Positions 1-16,644 of a DNA stretch of 64,000 nucleotides are shown here, one piece after another (the stretch's first letter is position 1; each line of letters begins with the position of its first letter). A program made the position numbers and the translations under genes. The stretch lies in the NCBI RefSeq assembly GCF_009914755.1, contig NC_060932.1; one strand, given 5' to 3'. Origin of the DNA: the human T2T-CHM13v2.0 reference genome, Homo sapiens. The notes beneath the pieces were generated by a model. That model searched no databases and was not told where the DNA came from. It worked only from the letters and a program-made list of their open reading frames with translations.

Positions 1-19
1 GTGTTCCTTAGACAAGCCC

Positions 20-140
20 TAGGAGATGCATAATATTATCTGCTCACTTTATAGATGAGGAAATTAAGGCCTGGTGTTCAAGGCCACACAGTCAGTAAGT
101 GATAAAACTGGAATTTGAACAGTTTTGCCCCAGAACCCAA
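20..140 (-). mobile_element. MIR fragment
   Basis: MIR core-like cacttTATAGATGAGGAAATTAAGGC...AAGGCCACACAG...GGAATTTGAAC. Confidence 0.7.
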
Positions 141-170
141 GATCTTATGTTCCTCTCACTTCAATACTAG

Positions 171-461
<291 letters not shown>

Positions 462-569
462 TCCAACACTAGTTTTAATACTCTTCCCACATTACCGATT
501 ACCCCTCTATCTCATGAATGAAACTAAATATTAAATATATAATTGTAAAGTACAAGGTGATTTTCATGA

Positions 570-974
<405 letters not shown>

Positions 975-1125
975 TGAGATTTTTGATAATACAAAAGTTC
1001 TGAATCCATTTGACAGGGTTTACTTGTCAACAAAGTGGATACAGGTATCTTCTTCTTGTCCACAGCCAAATCTTGTGGCGATAGTCAGATAGTAGAAGGT
1101 GGTGGTGGGGGATGTCTACTCTGCC

Positions 1126-1438
1126 TTTTTTTTTTTTTTTTTTTTTTTTTAAGGAGATAGGGTCTTGTTCTGTCACCCAGGCTGGAGTACAGTGGCACGA
1201 TCATAGTTCACTGCAGCTTCGAACTTCTGGGCTCGAGTGATCCTCTCACCTCAGCCTCCAAGTAGTTGGGATGACAGGTGCATACCAACATGCCCAGCAA
1301 ATTTTTCTTGTGGTTTTTTAAGAGATGGGGGTCACGCTGTGTTGCCCAGGTTGTTCCTGAACTCCTGACCTGAAGGGATTCTCCTGTCTTAGCCTCCCAA
1401 GTCACCGCAATTACAGGTGTGAGCCACTGTGCCTGGCT
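1126..1438 (-). mobile_element. Alu (AluJ-like)
   Basis: Antisense dimer with long poly-T; TSD ctctgccttt. Confidence 0.92.
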
Positions 1439-1917
1439 CCCCTCTGCCTTTCGTTACCTTTCCTAGGGCAGGAATTGTTGGCATATACTGGCACCAGTGC
1501 CCAACATTGTTTCACTTTATTTTGGATCCTAAAAAATTAATTTCTCCTCAATTTATTTATGAAGAAATATATCTTATCAAAAGACCAAGGAAGCAGGATT
1601 TGTAAGCAAAGAAGATTTCAGGAATTTGTAGGTTTTACATGTTCTTCTACCTCAGATATATAGCTGACTCTTTTTTTGGGAAGGGGCACAGAAAAATTTA
1701 TGTACCCTGTTAAATAGCAGTAGACAATAGTTACGGTCTGCTAGCCCCATCTACTTCTCATGAGAAGAAAAAAGGTCTACAAAGGCATTGTCACAGAGGT
1801 TTTTGGCCTCTTGTAAGAGACTTTCCTGAGGTTTTTATATAGCCAAGTGTTTTGCTTATTTACTACTTTGTGGCACTGGATCAAATAATGTATGCTGATA
1901 TATAATACATTGATTAA

Positions 1918-2259
<342 letters not shown>

Positions 2260-3103
2260 CAGCTTGAAATATTTTTATAGAATGTCTCAGAGTCTATAAA
2301 ATAATTTTTAATATTTTGTAATATTTTTAGAGATATCAGTGAAGGATTTAAAAAATAAGAGACAGACAGTATAATGTAAAAATTTTCTCATGGGATATTT
2401 TTTGTTACCAATGTGAATTTATTGATACTACCTTGATGCTAATAGTGAATTCTTTGAAGGCAAGACATTCATTTGTTTTTTAGTTCACAGTGAACCTAAC
2501 ATAGTAACTTGAATGTAATAGATGCTTCATTATTGTTTGTTGAATGTATGAATGATTAAATAAATAAATTTAGTACCATCACTATGTAAGTTCCAATAAA
2601 TTTTAAATCATAAATAACTAAATAACACATTAAAATGGATTCAGGAAAAACTGAAATATTTTTAATTGTATTTGGGCCATGTAATAAATATAATGGTGAA
2701 TATAGTGAGAGTAATAAAAATTGAATTATTTTAATACGATGAATTATCACTGAAAGCATGTCATTTGCGTATTTATTTTACATATATTAACAAAACATTA
2801 GCAAAAAACAAAAGGGCAAACAAGAGAGGGAAAAAAGTAAATATAAAGAATTGGCGATTCTATCCACCATTTCATGTGATAGGAGACATGAATCTGCTAT
2901 CTCTGAAGGCCATCTTAGTTTCCGTATGCCTCCAGTAGTGTGTGCATCTATATCTGGTGCTTGAAGAGACAAACTTTTGTACAAGGCGATCCTTATCCAA
3001 ACCAACTGTTTCATTTGGTTCTCAACCATAGAAACACTGGAGGACAAAAACTGGCAGTATTGTTCTTATTGAGGGAAGAGATGTCGGTCTCTTATATAGG
3101 AGA

Positions 3104-3789
<686 letters not shown>

Positions 3790-4589
3790 CTATTTCTTTT
3801 CTAATCTCCATCAATATGATGTCTTAATTACATCTGCAAAGATTCTGTTTCCAAATAAGACCATATTCTAAAGTTCTGGGTGGGTATGAATTTTTGAAGG
3901 ACACTTTCAATTACAACAGATATTGGTTGTAGAGGAACAGCTCCATGCTGGCACTTAATGACCTTCTATGTATCCACATAGGCCAAGTAGGCAAGTTGAA
4001 CTGCAGCTGACTTGACAGGATGCTTGTGATTTTGCCTGAACACAAGAGAATGGGAGGCTTGTGAGTTGTTACAAGGCCATTTCCTACTTGCCTCCTACCT
4101 ATCTACCAAGGATGGTGTCTTCAAACAGTTTCTCATCACTTTCTGGGTTTTTATAAGGTATGAGGGTTTTTGCCTTGTTCTTAGCCCCTACTTAGGGCAC
4201 AGCTGCACCTTATAAAACTACTTATCTGCAGTGTGGCATTGGCTTCTCAGCAACAGGTGTCTCATCATTTGTATGGCAGTCATCTGGCTCCCTATGTTTT
4301 GGTGTTGCCATGCCCAAGGTCTGCAGGGACCTGGCACCTTATGATACTCTTCCCTTTGTCTACGTAGGTAACAAACTGTTTGAATCTAAAAAGGACTTGT
4401 TCCTTTTACTGGCAAAATCTGGTAGTCAGACCTTGCTTTTTGCTTCACAATAATAATTTTAAAAGGCAGTTAATTTATATGTATCCTAAATAAGTAAAAA
4501 AAAAAAAAAAAAAGAGACAAATTATTCAATGAATCATTTGGGGAAAACTGGCTAGATATTTAGCAAAAATCTGCATCTCTACCCCATTT

Positions 4590-4770
<181 letters not shown>

Positions 4771-6492
4771 CCCACAAATGGCCAATAAATCTTCGTTATT
4801 CATAATTAATGAATGGAACATTAAAATACCAATATTTTTAATCTACTAGATTGGAAAGATTAAATATAATTGTAATATCCATGTTGGTGAGGGTGTGGAA
4901 AACAGCACTCTTGCCTGGTTGGTGGGAGTATAAGTTTGTGCAGACTTTGTTGGAAGATAGTATTTGGCACTCATTTAAAATTGTATAATACAACCTACCA
5001 TTTGACCTAGTAATTTCTCTTCTAGGATATACTTTCTTGAATACATGAAGATATGGAAAAAAATGTTCATTTGACCAACAACTCCCTATTCACTTCCTCC
5101 CCTAGCCCCCAACCTCTGGTAACCAACATTCTACTCTCTACTTCTATGAGTTCAACTTTTTTAGATTCAACATATAAGTGAGCTCATGAGGCATTTGTCT
5201 TTCGGTGCCTGATTCATTTAATTTAGCATAATTTCCTCTAGGTTTATCCATGTTGTCGCAAATGACAGGATTTCCTTCTTTTTAAAAGCTGAATAGTATT
5301 AGTTGTGTATATGTACCACATTTTCTTTATCCATTCATCTATTCATGAACATTTAGGTTGGTTCCATATCTTGGCTATTGTGAGTAATGCTGCAATGAAC
5401 ATAAGAGTGCAGTGATATATTGCTTTCAATTTATTTGGATGGACATTGAGAAATGGGATTATTGGATCAATGGTATTTCCTTTTTTAGATGTTTGAGAAA
5501 CTTGCATACTGTTTTCCATAATGGCTGTACTAATTTACCTTCCCACCACCAATGCACAGAGTTCCCTCTTTTCTACATCTTTGCCAACATTTCTCTTTCA
5601 TCATCTTTTTGATAAAAGCTGTTCTAAAAGGTGTGAGGTGATATCATGGTTTTTAATTTGCATTTCCCTAATGATTCGTGATGCTAAGTATTTTATCATG
5701 TACTTGTTGGCCATTTGTATGTCTTCTTTTCAGAAATATCTGGTGTTTGTCCATATTTTAATCAGGTGTTTTTATCTTGCTATTGAGTTCCTTGTATAAT
5801 TCGAAAATTAATCTCTTATTATATGTATGGTTTGCAAATATTTTCTCCCATTCTGTGCACTGTCTCTTCACTTTGTTAACTGTTTCTTTTGCTGTGCAGA
5901 AGCTTTTTAGTTTGATGCCATCCCATTTGTCTATTTTTGCTTTTGTTGTGTGTGATTTTTGGGTTAGAGCCAAAATGTCATTGCCCAGATCGATGTCATA
6001 GGGCTTTTCCTGTATGTTTTCTTTCAGTAGTTTTACAGTTTCAGGTTTTATATTTAAGTATTTAATCCATTTTGAGTTGACTTTTGTATATGGTGTGAGG
6101 TAAGGATCCAATTTCATTCTTCTGCATGTGGATTTCCCAACATCATTTATTGAGGAAACTTTCTTTTTAACATGTATGTTCTTGGCACTTTTGTTGAAAA
6201 TCAATTGACTGCAAGTGTTTGGGTTTATTTCTGGGCTTTCTGTCCTGTTCAATTGGTTGATGTCAATGTTCTTATGACATCATTGTGCTGTTTTGATTAT
6301 TATTGCTTTATAATATGTTTCAAAATCAAGGAGTTACCTCCAGCTTTGGTTTTTTCACTCAAGGGTACAAAGTTTGAGACAGATGGGAGAAATAAAGTAG
6401 GGACTTGAGATCTATTAATGTATTGTACATTCCAAAATAACTAAGAGTAAATTTTGAATGTCTCACCATAAAAACGGTATTTTTTTTTTAAG

Positions 6493-7578
6493 ATCAGAAG
6501 TTTTCAATTTCGATGAAGTCCAGTCTATGAATTTTCTCTTTTGTGAACTGCACTTTTGGTATTTTATCTAATAAATTTTTTCCCAACATGAGGTCACAAA
6601 GGTTACCTCCATAAGTCTAACAGTTTTAGAGAAAATATTTGCAAATCATGTATCTCATAAAGCCTATGTATCTAGAACATATTTTAAGTGCTCTCAAGAA
6701 TCAATAATACAAACACAAGTATTTTAAAATTGGGCAAAAGATTTAAACAAACACTTCAAACAAGTTGCACTGTTGACTAGTAGGCACACTGATAGAAAAA
6801 GATGTTAATACCATTAGTCATTAGAGAAGTGCATATTAAAACTAAGAGATACCACTACATTTCTACTAAAATGGCTAAAATTAAAGCCTGACTATACCCA
6901 GTGTTAAGAAGAATGTAACTCTCACATACACACAAAATGGTGTGAGTCCTTTGGAAATCAATTTGGGCTTTTCTTAAAAGTTAAATATCCACTTACTATA
7001 TGATCCAGACATTCTACTCTAAGATACAAAGATCTGTAAACCAATGTCCACAGCAGCTTTATTCTAATAGAAAAAAAAATCAACTCCAATGTCCCTCAAC
7101 AAGTAAATACATACACATATTTTGATATGTTCATACCATGAAATACTATTCAAAAACTAAAAGGAACAAGTTATCAATTAACACAACATCATGGATGGAT
7201 CTTAAAATAATTATTGTCAGTTATAGAAGACATATCCTCCCTCCCCACCAAAAAAAAAGGGAAAGAGTGTGGACTATATGATTCTGCTTATATAAAAGTC
7301 TAGGAAATGCAAACCAGTGTATAGTGATAGAAGGAAGACCGTGGTTACCTGTTGCTTATGGTCGCTTGGGTTTATGAGAGGGAGAAATAACAAAGGGGCA
7401 TGAGGAAGCTTTGCAGTGTGATATATGTGTTTATTATTTTGATTTGGTAACGGTTTCATGCATATATATATATAATTCAAAATTAACCAAATTTTATACT
7501 TTAAAAATGAAGGCTTTATTCTGTGTCAGTTATACCTCAATAAAACTGTTAATAATAAAAGTAAAAACAAAACAAAAC
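6493..7578 (+). mobile_element. Diverged L1M (MB/MC-like 3' end) with short 5' inversion, inserted in the L1MA 3' UTR
   Basis: TSD AAAACGGTAT(n)AAG at 6471-6492 and 7579-7596; ends TATACCTCAATAAAACTG plus A-rich tail. Confidence 0.75.
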
Positions 7579-7679
7579 AAAACGGTATTTTTTAAGCAAA
7601 GTATGCAAAGTTTATGAATATGTTAATTAGCTTAATGATAGTTAAGCAAAGTGATGAATATGTCAATTAGATTAATCTA

Positions 7680-8077
<398 letters not shown>

Positions 8078-8519
8078 TTAAAAATAATATTAATAAAAAA
8101 GAACACAGGAAATTACCACAACACACAATATTCAACGTTTTGTGAGAAACCAAGATAGAAAACTAACCATAATAACACAGAGCAAGTGTGCAAGTGATGT
8201 TCCATGGATGTGAAATCTAACCCCAGTGATTCTGCAAGTCAATAGGACCTACGTCTGGGTTACTTGGCAGAAATGATGATCACAAGTGAACAAACAAATC
8301 AGGTAATTGATCAACTGGTGATGATCTAATTCAATTATCTTCTAATATTACCTAGACTTCTTTAGGTAGGTTGTCCAGGAGACAGTATTTGCTGATAATT
8401 GTGCCTCCAAGAATGTACATATGTTTCTATGATAATAATGCATAATTTGCAATATTATGGAATGATATAAACCTAGGGAGCCAAAGTCCTGTATTAGTCA
8501 ACACTGCATCATTTTTCAA

Positions 8520-9560
8520 GTGAAACAATATTTATTGAGCACATACTATATACCTGACCAATTTGGATGCTGGGAATACATCAGTGCACAAGACAAAACT
8601 CTTTCTGTCATGAAGATTACATTCTGGTAGGTGAGAGAGATTAAAAAAACTATAAACAGAAATATATGTACAGGTTGAGCATCCTTAATCCAAAAATCCA
8701 AAATCCAAAATGCTCCAAAATCTTAAACGTTTTGAGTGCCAACATGGTACCACAAGTAGAAAATTTGATGCCTGACCTCATGTGACAGGTTTCATTAAAA
8801 ACTTTGTTTCATTTACAAAATTATTTAAAATAGTACAAAAAATTACCTTTAGGGTATGTGTATAAGGTATATATGAAACATAAACAAATTTTGTGTTTAC
8901 AGTGATTTCACCCCCAGGATATTTCATCATGTATATACAAATATTCCAAAATCCACAAAAAATGTGAAATCCAAAACATTTCTGGTCCCAAGCATTTCAG
9001 ATAAGGGATACTCAACCTGTAATATAAATTCAGGTAGTGAGAAGTTACATGAAGAAAAATAAAGCGAATCAAAGATATTGAGAATGACAAAAGGCAGGTG
9101 ATCTAATTAGAAAACACGGTAAGGGACAGTTTCTCTGAGGAGGTAGCATTGAACAGAGACCTGAGACATATGACTCTACAAGGCAAGAAGCTTCCAGGCG
9201 TGGATGAGTGTTCCTGAGACACAAGTTAGCTTCATACAGTATATATGAGGAAGAGTGAGAAAAGGCCAGTGTTCCTGAAGTGGGGAAAGAGACCAAGAGA
9301 GTGGTAGTCAGGACCCAAATCACATAGGGTTTTGTAGTTCAGATTGTATTATGCATATTTTGGAAAGCTTTAGAGGCTTTGGAGCAGAAAAGCAACATGA
9401 TTCAGGCTACATTTTGAAAATATCACCATGGGGAAGAGATCCCATGGGAGACAAGACTGAAAGGAGGTAGACTAGTCAGGAGACTACTGCTATGGTCCAG
9501 GTAAGTGCTGACAACAGCCTGGGCCTATTGTGCAAGTTGTAGTAATGGTGAAAAGTGATC
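8520..9560 (-). mobile_element. L2 fragment (interrupted by Tigger4)
   Basis: L2 3'-end motif TATTTATTGAGCACATACTAT...GCTGGGAATACA followed by a purine-rich L2 body. Confidence 0.65.
8671..9019 (+). mobile_element. Tigger4/MER46-type MITE (TcMar)
   Basis: TIRs CAGGTTGAGCATCC...GGATACTCAACCTG with TA target duplications at 8669-8670 and 9020-9021. Confidence 0.88.
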
Positions 9561-9579
9561 AGATTCTATATATATATAG

Positions 9580-9986
<407 letters not shown>

Positions 9987-10279
9987 CATAATATATTTTA
10001 AAGGTAATGTTGGCAGGTCTTGCTGATAGATTGGCTGAGGGATGTGAAAGAAAGAGAGGAATCTGACCTTTCTTATCAAAAGATGTCATAAAATAGTCAC
10101 TAAAATTTAGCTGCATGAGGATATGTACTACCAGGATATCCTACACCAATGCTAAGATGAATGATAGAGTTGAAGTTTCTCAAACTACTTAACCTTAAAG
10201 TAATCAATTAATGACTGAATTAAATCATCAGTTTCCACATAAATGTTTGAATTAATTCTTAAAGAAATAAAATACATTA

Positions 10280-10520
10280 ACCAGGTGTGGTGGCTCATGT
10301 CTATAATCCCAGCACTTTGGGAGGCTGAGGCAGGAGAATCCCTTGAGGCTAGGAGTTTGCAATCAACCTGGTCAACATAGTGAGACCTCATCTCTACAAA
10401 AAATAAAAACATTAGCCAGGGCTGGTGGCAGGCGCCTGTAGTCCCAGCTACTCGGGAGACTGAGGCAGGAAGATTGCCTGTAGTGAGCCAATATTGCGCC
10501 ATTGCACTGTAGCCCCTCCC
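10280..10520 (+). mobile_element. Alu (AluJ-like, 3'-truncated/deleted)
   Basis: Sense left arm plus partial right arm. Confidence 0.88.
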
Positions 10521-10924
10521 CCCCAAAAAAAGTGCATTGTAGCATCGTTTGTAATAGCAAGAAAACTGGAAACAACTTTAATGACTATCACTAGGGCACT
10601 GGTTAAATAAAATATGGTACACTGATATAAATGGCAAAGTATGCAAAACATTAAGAATGATATAATTCTACAGTACTAATATAGAAAGGATTCCAAGATA
10701 TATTTTAAAGAAAAGTGCAAATTGGTAAAACAATGTGTATATAATAAACTCATTTGCCTTAAAAATTACATGTATATGCATAGCAAATTTCTGAATGATT
10801 TTAAAATAAATTATTAACATGGGTTACCTCTGGAGAGTGGGAGTGGGAATAGAGTGGTTGGAGATAAATAAAGAAACTTTTGAATTTCTTTTTTGCCATG
10901 AGTATAGCATATTTTATTTCATTA

Positions 10925-11237
10925 TTTAATTTAATTTATTTATTTAGAGACAGAGTCTTGCTCTGTTGCACAGGCTGGAGTGCAGTGGCATTATCCTAAC
11001 TAACTGCAACCTCAGACTCCTGGGCCCAAGTAATCCTCCTCAGCCTCTGGAGAAGCTAGGACCACAGACACACACCACCACGCCCAGGTAGGTTTTGTTT
11101 TTTTTTTTTGTATTTTTCATAGAGATGGAGTCTTACTATGGTGCCCAGGCTGGTCTTGAACTCCTAGGCTAGAATGATCCTCCCACCTCAGCCTCCCAAA
11201 GTGTTGAGATTATAGGCGTGAGCCACAGCACCCAGCA
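10925..11237 (-). mobile_element. Alu (AluJ-like)
   Basis: Antisense dimer. Confidence 0.9.
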
Positions 11238-13335
11238 AGAATAGTGTATTTTTAAAAAATCTATTTAACATAAGTTGTAAAAACTTACACTGTATAAGTA
11301 CTCTATGTCTAAATTTACACAAATCTCTAAAGATTTTTCCCAAATCACAGTCTTCAAATTTAAATTTCAGTTTTATTGTGAGTCAAAGCACTAAGAATAA
11401 ATAAAGGGTCAGCACATTTTACATACTATTGGAGAAAAAAGGAGTTAAAAACATGGCCCATGTCATCAAGTAGTTTCCAATCTTTCTAGCAAAGCATAAA
11501 AAAACAAGTAGTTGTCTGCACTAACTGTAAGGCCAGAGTGATTTCAGAAATATGAGGCATCTATATTAAGAGTTGGAATAACTGGAAAAAAGTCTCATTC
11601 TGGCTGTGGGACTTGAACTGAACTTTGAAGATGAGAGAATTTAGAGGGGAGGGAAGCAGTAAAGTCATTTCAGCAATATGCCAACACTTGTGCAGGCATT
11701 AAAGCAAGAATGTGCTTGGTATTGTGGGGAAAGTGCCTAGGTAGTTATCTCTGCCTGAAGCAAGTGTATGTTTTAGGCATTAATGGGAAATAAAATTTAT
11801 ACATCTTTGGGTAGAGTTGGCTTACGGAGAGCCCTAGCTTCTCAGAAAAAGAAGCTCGGACTTGACACTCCAGGCAATGTAGATTCTTAAGCAGGATGAG
11901 TAGTGACATGATGAAAATCATGTCTTTCTTTATTATTAGAAAGATTAATCTGGTAGGCACATATAAAATAGATTGGAGTAGGATGACCTATACTGGAGTA
12001 GTAACAGTGAGAAGGAAAGAAAAAGAGTGAAAGTAGAGAGAATGGTTAAAACAGAAAGACTTAGGAATAGTATGAGTATAGGGGATGAAGTGGAGGACAG
12101 AGTCAAAGGTGCGTCTTAGTTTTTCTAGCCTACATGCCTAGAAGAATTGATAAAGTTGATAATGTTATGCAAGACACTTTGCTAATTGGTTGAAGCTAAT
12201 GAGAACCATATTTCTCTACCCTTTATCTACCTCCTAGGTATCATCTTTGCTTCCCTAGTATATATAATACATATAACATTTTTTATATATTAGGATTTTT
12301 TCCTTAGCCATTTATTTTATTTTTTCTTATTTATATCGGTAAATAACCAATCCTAAATTCTCCCTGTTCTCAATGCTATGTCTCTTTTATTTTTAACTTC
12401 TCGAAACTTTCCTCTAACTAAATTTTCATATCTTCTTCTTCTATCTCCCATTATTATTTCAAATCTGTTAAATCTCATATTCCCAATTATTACTTGAAGC
12501 CATTACGGAGTTATCTTAGTACCAACCCAGCACAGCACCATGTGGAGTAGAAGTTAATCATCAGGCACCATGGGGATCTATAACTAAATTGAAGATGAAG
12601 ATAATAGTCAAAGATGTCCCCACATCTTTTGTCTTGTTTTTCTGAGATTTATTTATGCCATCTCCTTCTCTTAGGGAAACCATATGAGTTGACATGCTTA
12701 AGAATGATCTTATAAACTTCATAAAAATATTACATGCTGAGCCACAGTGCAATGTCCTTTTCTTATAAAAGGTAAAACACAAAATCTTCTAAGGTTCATT
12801 CAGTGAAAGTTCTAGAAGAAAAATCTCTAGGAGGAGAAGCTGACTAAACTACCTTCATTTTTCCACCTTTACTCAACTTCCCTTGGGAAGATTTGTGCTG
12901 TTACAATTTGAATTATGCTGGGCACTAAACTCTGGTCCAAATGTGAACAATATTTAGGTGGTTATTTTGAAAACTTCATTAGATATTAGAATAAAAGAAA
13001 AAACAGCAAAGAAAATCAAGCATAAAAGATACAAGTTTTGGTGATGAGATAATTATAACTATACAGCAACCCTAAAGAATTAATTCAATTTTGAAAGCGT
13101 GGTTTCCTTCCCTTTCATGTTCCTGCCTCCATATCACAGGGCATCTCATTTACCATCACAAAAGAACTGTTTTCTTGACATAATGACTCATTCTTGGGCC
13201 AAGGCTTAGGAGCCTGGTTTGAACTTCTCAGACTAATTAAGATCTTCCCACCCAGTTCAGGTTTTAGCCTGAGGTACACAACTTATCCATAGTGTTTTAC
13301 TGGAATTACAGTTGACACAGTTATTCATCCAAAAC

Positions 13336-13393
13336 TTTCTTACTGAGGTTAACAGATCTGAGCATTTCTCACTGAGGTTAACTTCTTGAGTAT
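13336..13393. repeat. Diverged ~29-bp tandem duplication
   Basis: TTTCT(T/C)ACTGAGGTTAAC at 13336 and 13365. Confidence 0.75.
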
Positions 13394-13641
13394 TCTGTGA
13401 GACAGTGACTTAAAGGACTATCATCATCATAATCATCATCACAAAATGGTATGAATCATTATCACCATAATACCTACACAGTGACAAACAGAGTAGTCCT
13501 TTCATAGAAACACACAGGGAACGAAGAAGGAAAAAATATCCTGGGGTAGACAGTTATGACCTCCTACCCTCTGAGTTAGAAAAGTATTTAATCATTTTTC
13601 ATTTTTTCTAAAAAAAAAAGAAAGTTAAATTAAAATGTTCA

Positions 13642-13773
<132 letters not shown>

Positions 13774-14099
13774 TCATTTGCATGTGAGCTAGAATGTGAA
13801 GTAATGTTTCACCGATTCACTTAACCAGATAGATTTAAATTTTTTCAAATTTGTTAATAATAAAAGCTAAAAGCAATAGAAAAAATTCTTCAACATTTTA
13901 AATGAAAATAATATTCCTATACCTAGATATTTTTCTTTCACATGTCAATATTTTAGGGTCAAAACATTGCCTGTCAATTGTAGGCTTATTATCAGGACTT
14001 ACTGATTTTAAATTAAATTCAACAAATATTCAGTGGTGTAAAAGACACTATGCTAAGAGAATAGGCAAATATAAAGAAAAATAAGACACTTTACATATT

Positions 14100-14397
14100 T
14101 CTTTTTCTTTTTAATTTTTTTTTTGAGACAGGGTCTCTCTTTGGAGTGCAGTGGTGTGATCTCGGCTCACAGCAACCTCTGCCTCCTGGGCTCAAACTAT
14201 GCTCCAACTGCAGCATCCCAAGCAGTTAGGATTACAGGCATGCACCTCCATGGTCGGCTAATTTTTGTTATTTTTTTGTAGAGACAGGGTTTTGCCATGT
14301 TGCCCAGGCTGGTCTTGAATTCCTGGACTCAAGGGGTCTGCCAGCCTCAGCCTCTCAAAGTGCTGGGATTACAGGCGTTAGCCACTGTGCCCGGCTG
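14100..14397 (-). mobile_element. Alu (AluJ-like)
   Basis: Antisense dimer. Confidence 0.9.
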
Positions 14398-14905
14398 ACA
14401 TTTCACATGTTTTTAAGGAGTTCATAATAATCCAGTGGAAAAGACAGAATAACTATTAGAACTAATACCTTGGAATGTTCTTTTTCAAGGTTTGAGAAAG
14501 ATAAACTGTAGTAGTTATTTGAACACTTACTGTTTATTGAATCTGCTTTTAGAAAGGAGTTTTAACATGTTATTAATTATCACCTCTATTCTTTGCTACG
14601 GTAAATTTAACTTTACAAAGATCCTTCCTTCCCTTTATTATTAGGAGTATGTTTAATAGAGAGAAAAATCAATAGATGAGTGCTAACAATCTTAATTTAT
14701 AAATAAAATGTTGCATCATAGATAGCTGATTTTGCTTTCTTATTTTGCAGTGCAACAATTCAAGGATAATTTTTGTTAATATTTCAGGTCAATCATATTT
14801 GAATTAAAAATTTAAATTAAAAAATTAAAATGCCAGCCATCTGTAAATCTACAAACAACAGTTGTACTGTGAAGCCTTTATTATTAGAGACATATCAGAT
14901 TCCCC

Positions 14906-14943
14906 AATTTCAAGTCATAACATAAATTTCAAGTCATAACATA
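14906..14943. repeat. Perfect 19-bp tandem duplication
   Basis: AATTTCAAGTCATAACATA x2. Confidence 0.9.
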
Positions 14944-15297
14944 TGTAAAATACATAACATGTGGTTTCCATTAATAAAATATTTTGTATAGAAATAGCAA
15001 AATATTTTTACACAAAGTATTGGGTCTGTCATCACTTCCATTTGCAAGGGATGAAGACTGCCAATATTAAGTCAGGTTTACAAGAGCATCTTGGGTTGTA
15101 ATAGGGAAGCAATAAAGAGGTCAAGGGAACAGTTATAAAATAAATGAATAGAATATGTTTTCCCAGGTGCCACTTGGGGAAAAACACTTTGATAGATCCA
15201 AAGGAAATAAGAAACTTAAATAGATATTTTCAAGGCTAAAAAAGCTACTGATGGAGGAATAAATATAATCATCAAACACAGCTATTAGAAAATCATA

Positions 15298-15575
15298 TTG
15301 GAGGCTGGGCCAAGGTGGGCAGATCACCTGAGGTTGGGAGTTTGAGACCAGCCTGACCAACACAGAGAAACCCCGTCTCTATTAAAAATACAAAATTAGC
15401 CAGGTGTGGTAGCGCATGCTTGTAATCCCAGCTTGGGAGGTTGAGACAGGAGAATCGCTTGAACCCAGGGGCAGAGGTTGCAGTGAGCCGAGATCAAAAC
15501 AGCCTGGGCAACAAGAGTGAAACTCCGTCTCAAAAAAAAAAAAAAAAAAAAAGAAAGAAAGAAAAAGAAAAAAAA
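15298..15575 (+). mobile_element. Alu (AluSp-like, small deletions)
   Basis: GGTTGGGAGTT and CTGACCAACACAGAGAAACC type features; long A tail. Confidence 0.9.
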
Positions 15576-15912
15576 TGGAAATAATATTGGCCTCAAACTC
15601 ATTCTGAAAGCAGAAATGGGATTCTGTGGGCTCTTGTTTTAGAGAGTGAAGTTGCTTGAGTGAACCCAGGGACTCATTGCTTAATTTGTTACTCTCACCT
15701 TAGGACAATTCTAAGAGCTGTAATATTCCCTTCCACCCATCTATACACTTTTTTCAACCACCTAGTTCCACTTTCTAAATATATATCGCTGAATGCATGC
15801 TAAAACTATTTTATCCATCATTGAGTGCTCTCTGTTGCAGCTCAGCACTGAGTAGGAATCTAATGTCTTTAACTTCAAGGGACTTGTAATATACTTAGGG
15901 AGGCAAGACTTA

Positions 15913-16272
<360 letters not shown>

Positions 16273-16307
16273 AAGTCAAGGCAGTTTTTATAGAAACTGA
16301 CATTGTA

Positions 16308-16598
16308 GCCAGGTGCAGTGGCTCACACCTTTGGGGGCCGAGGCAGGCAGATCACTTGAGGTCAGGTGTCCGAGACCAGCTTGGCCAACATGGTGAAACC
16401 CTATCTCTACTAAAAATACAAAAATTAGCCGGGCATGGTGGTGTGCGCCTGTAATCCCAGCTACTTGGGAGGCTGAAGCAGGAGATTGCTTGAACCTGGG
16501 AGGCAGAAATTGCAGTCAGCTGAGATCATTCCACTGCACTCCAGCTTGGGTGAGAGAGTGAGACTCCATCTCAATGAATAAATAAATGAATAAATAAA
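16308..16598 (+). mobile_element. Alu (AluS-like)
   Basis: Sense dimer; TSD aaac(t/c)gacattg. Confidence 0.92.
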
Positions 16599-16644
16599 CC
16601 GACATTGGTAAAGAGGTTATCTTTAGTTGGGCCTTAAAGACAAT

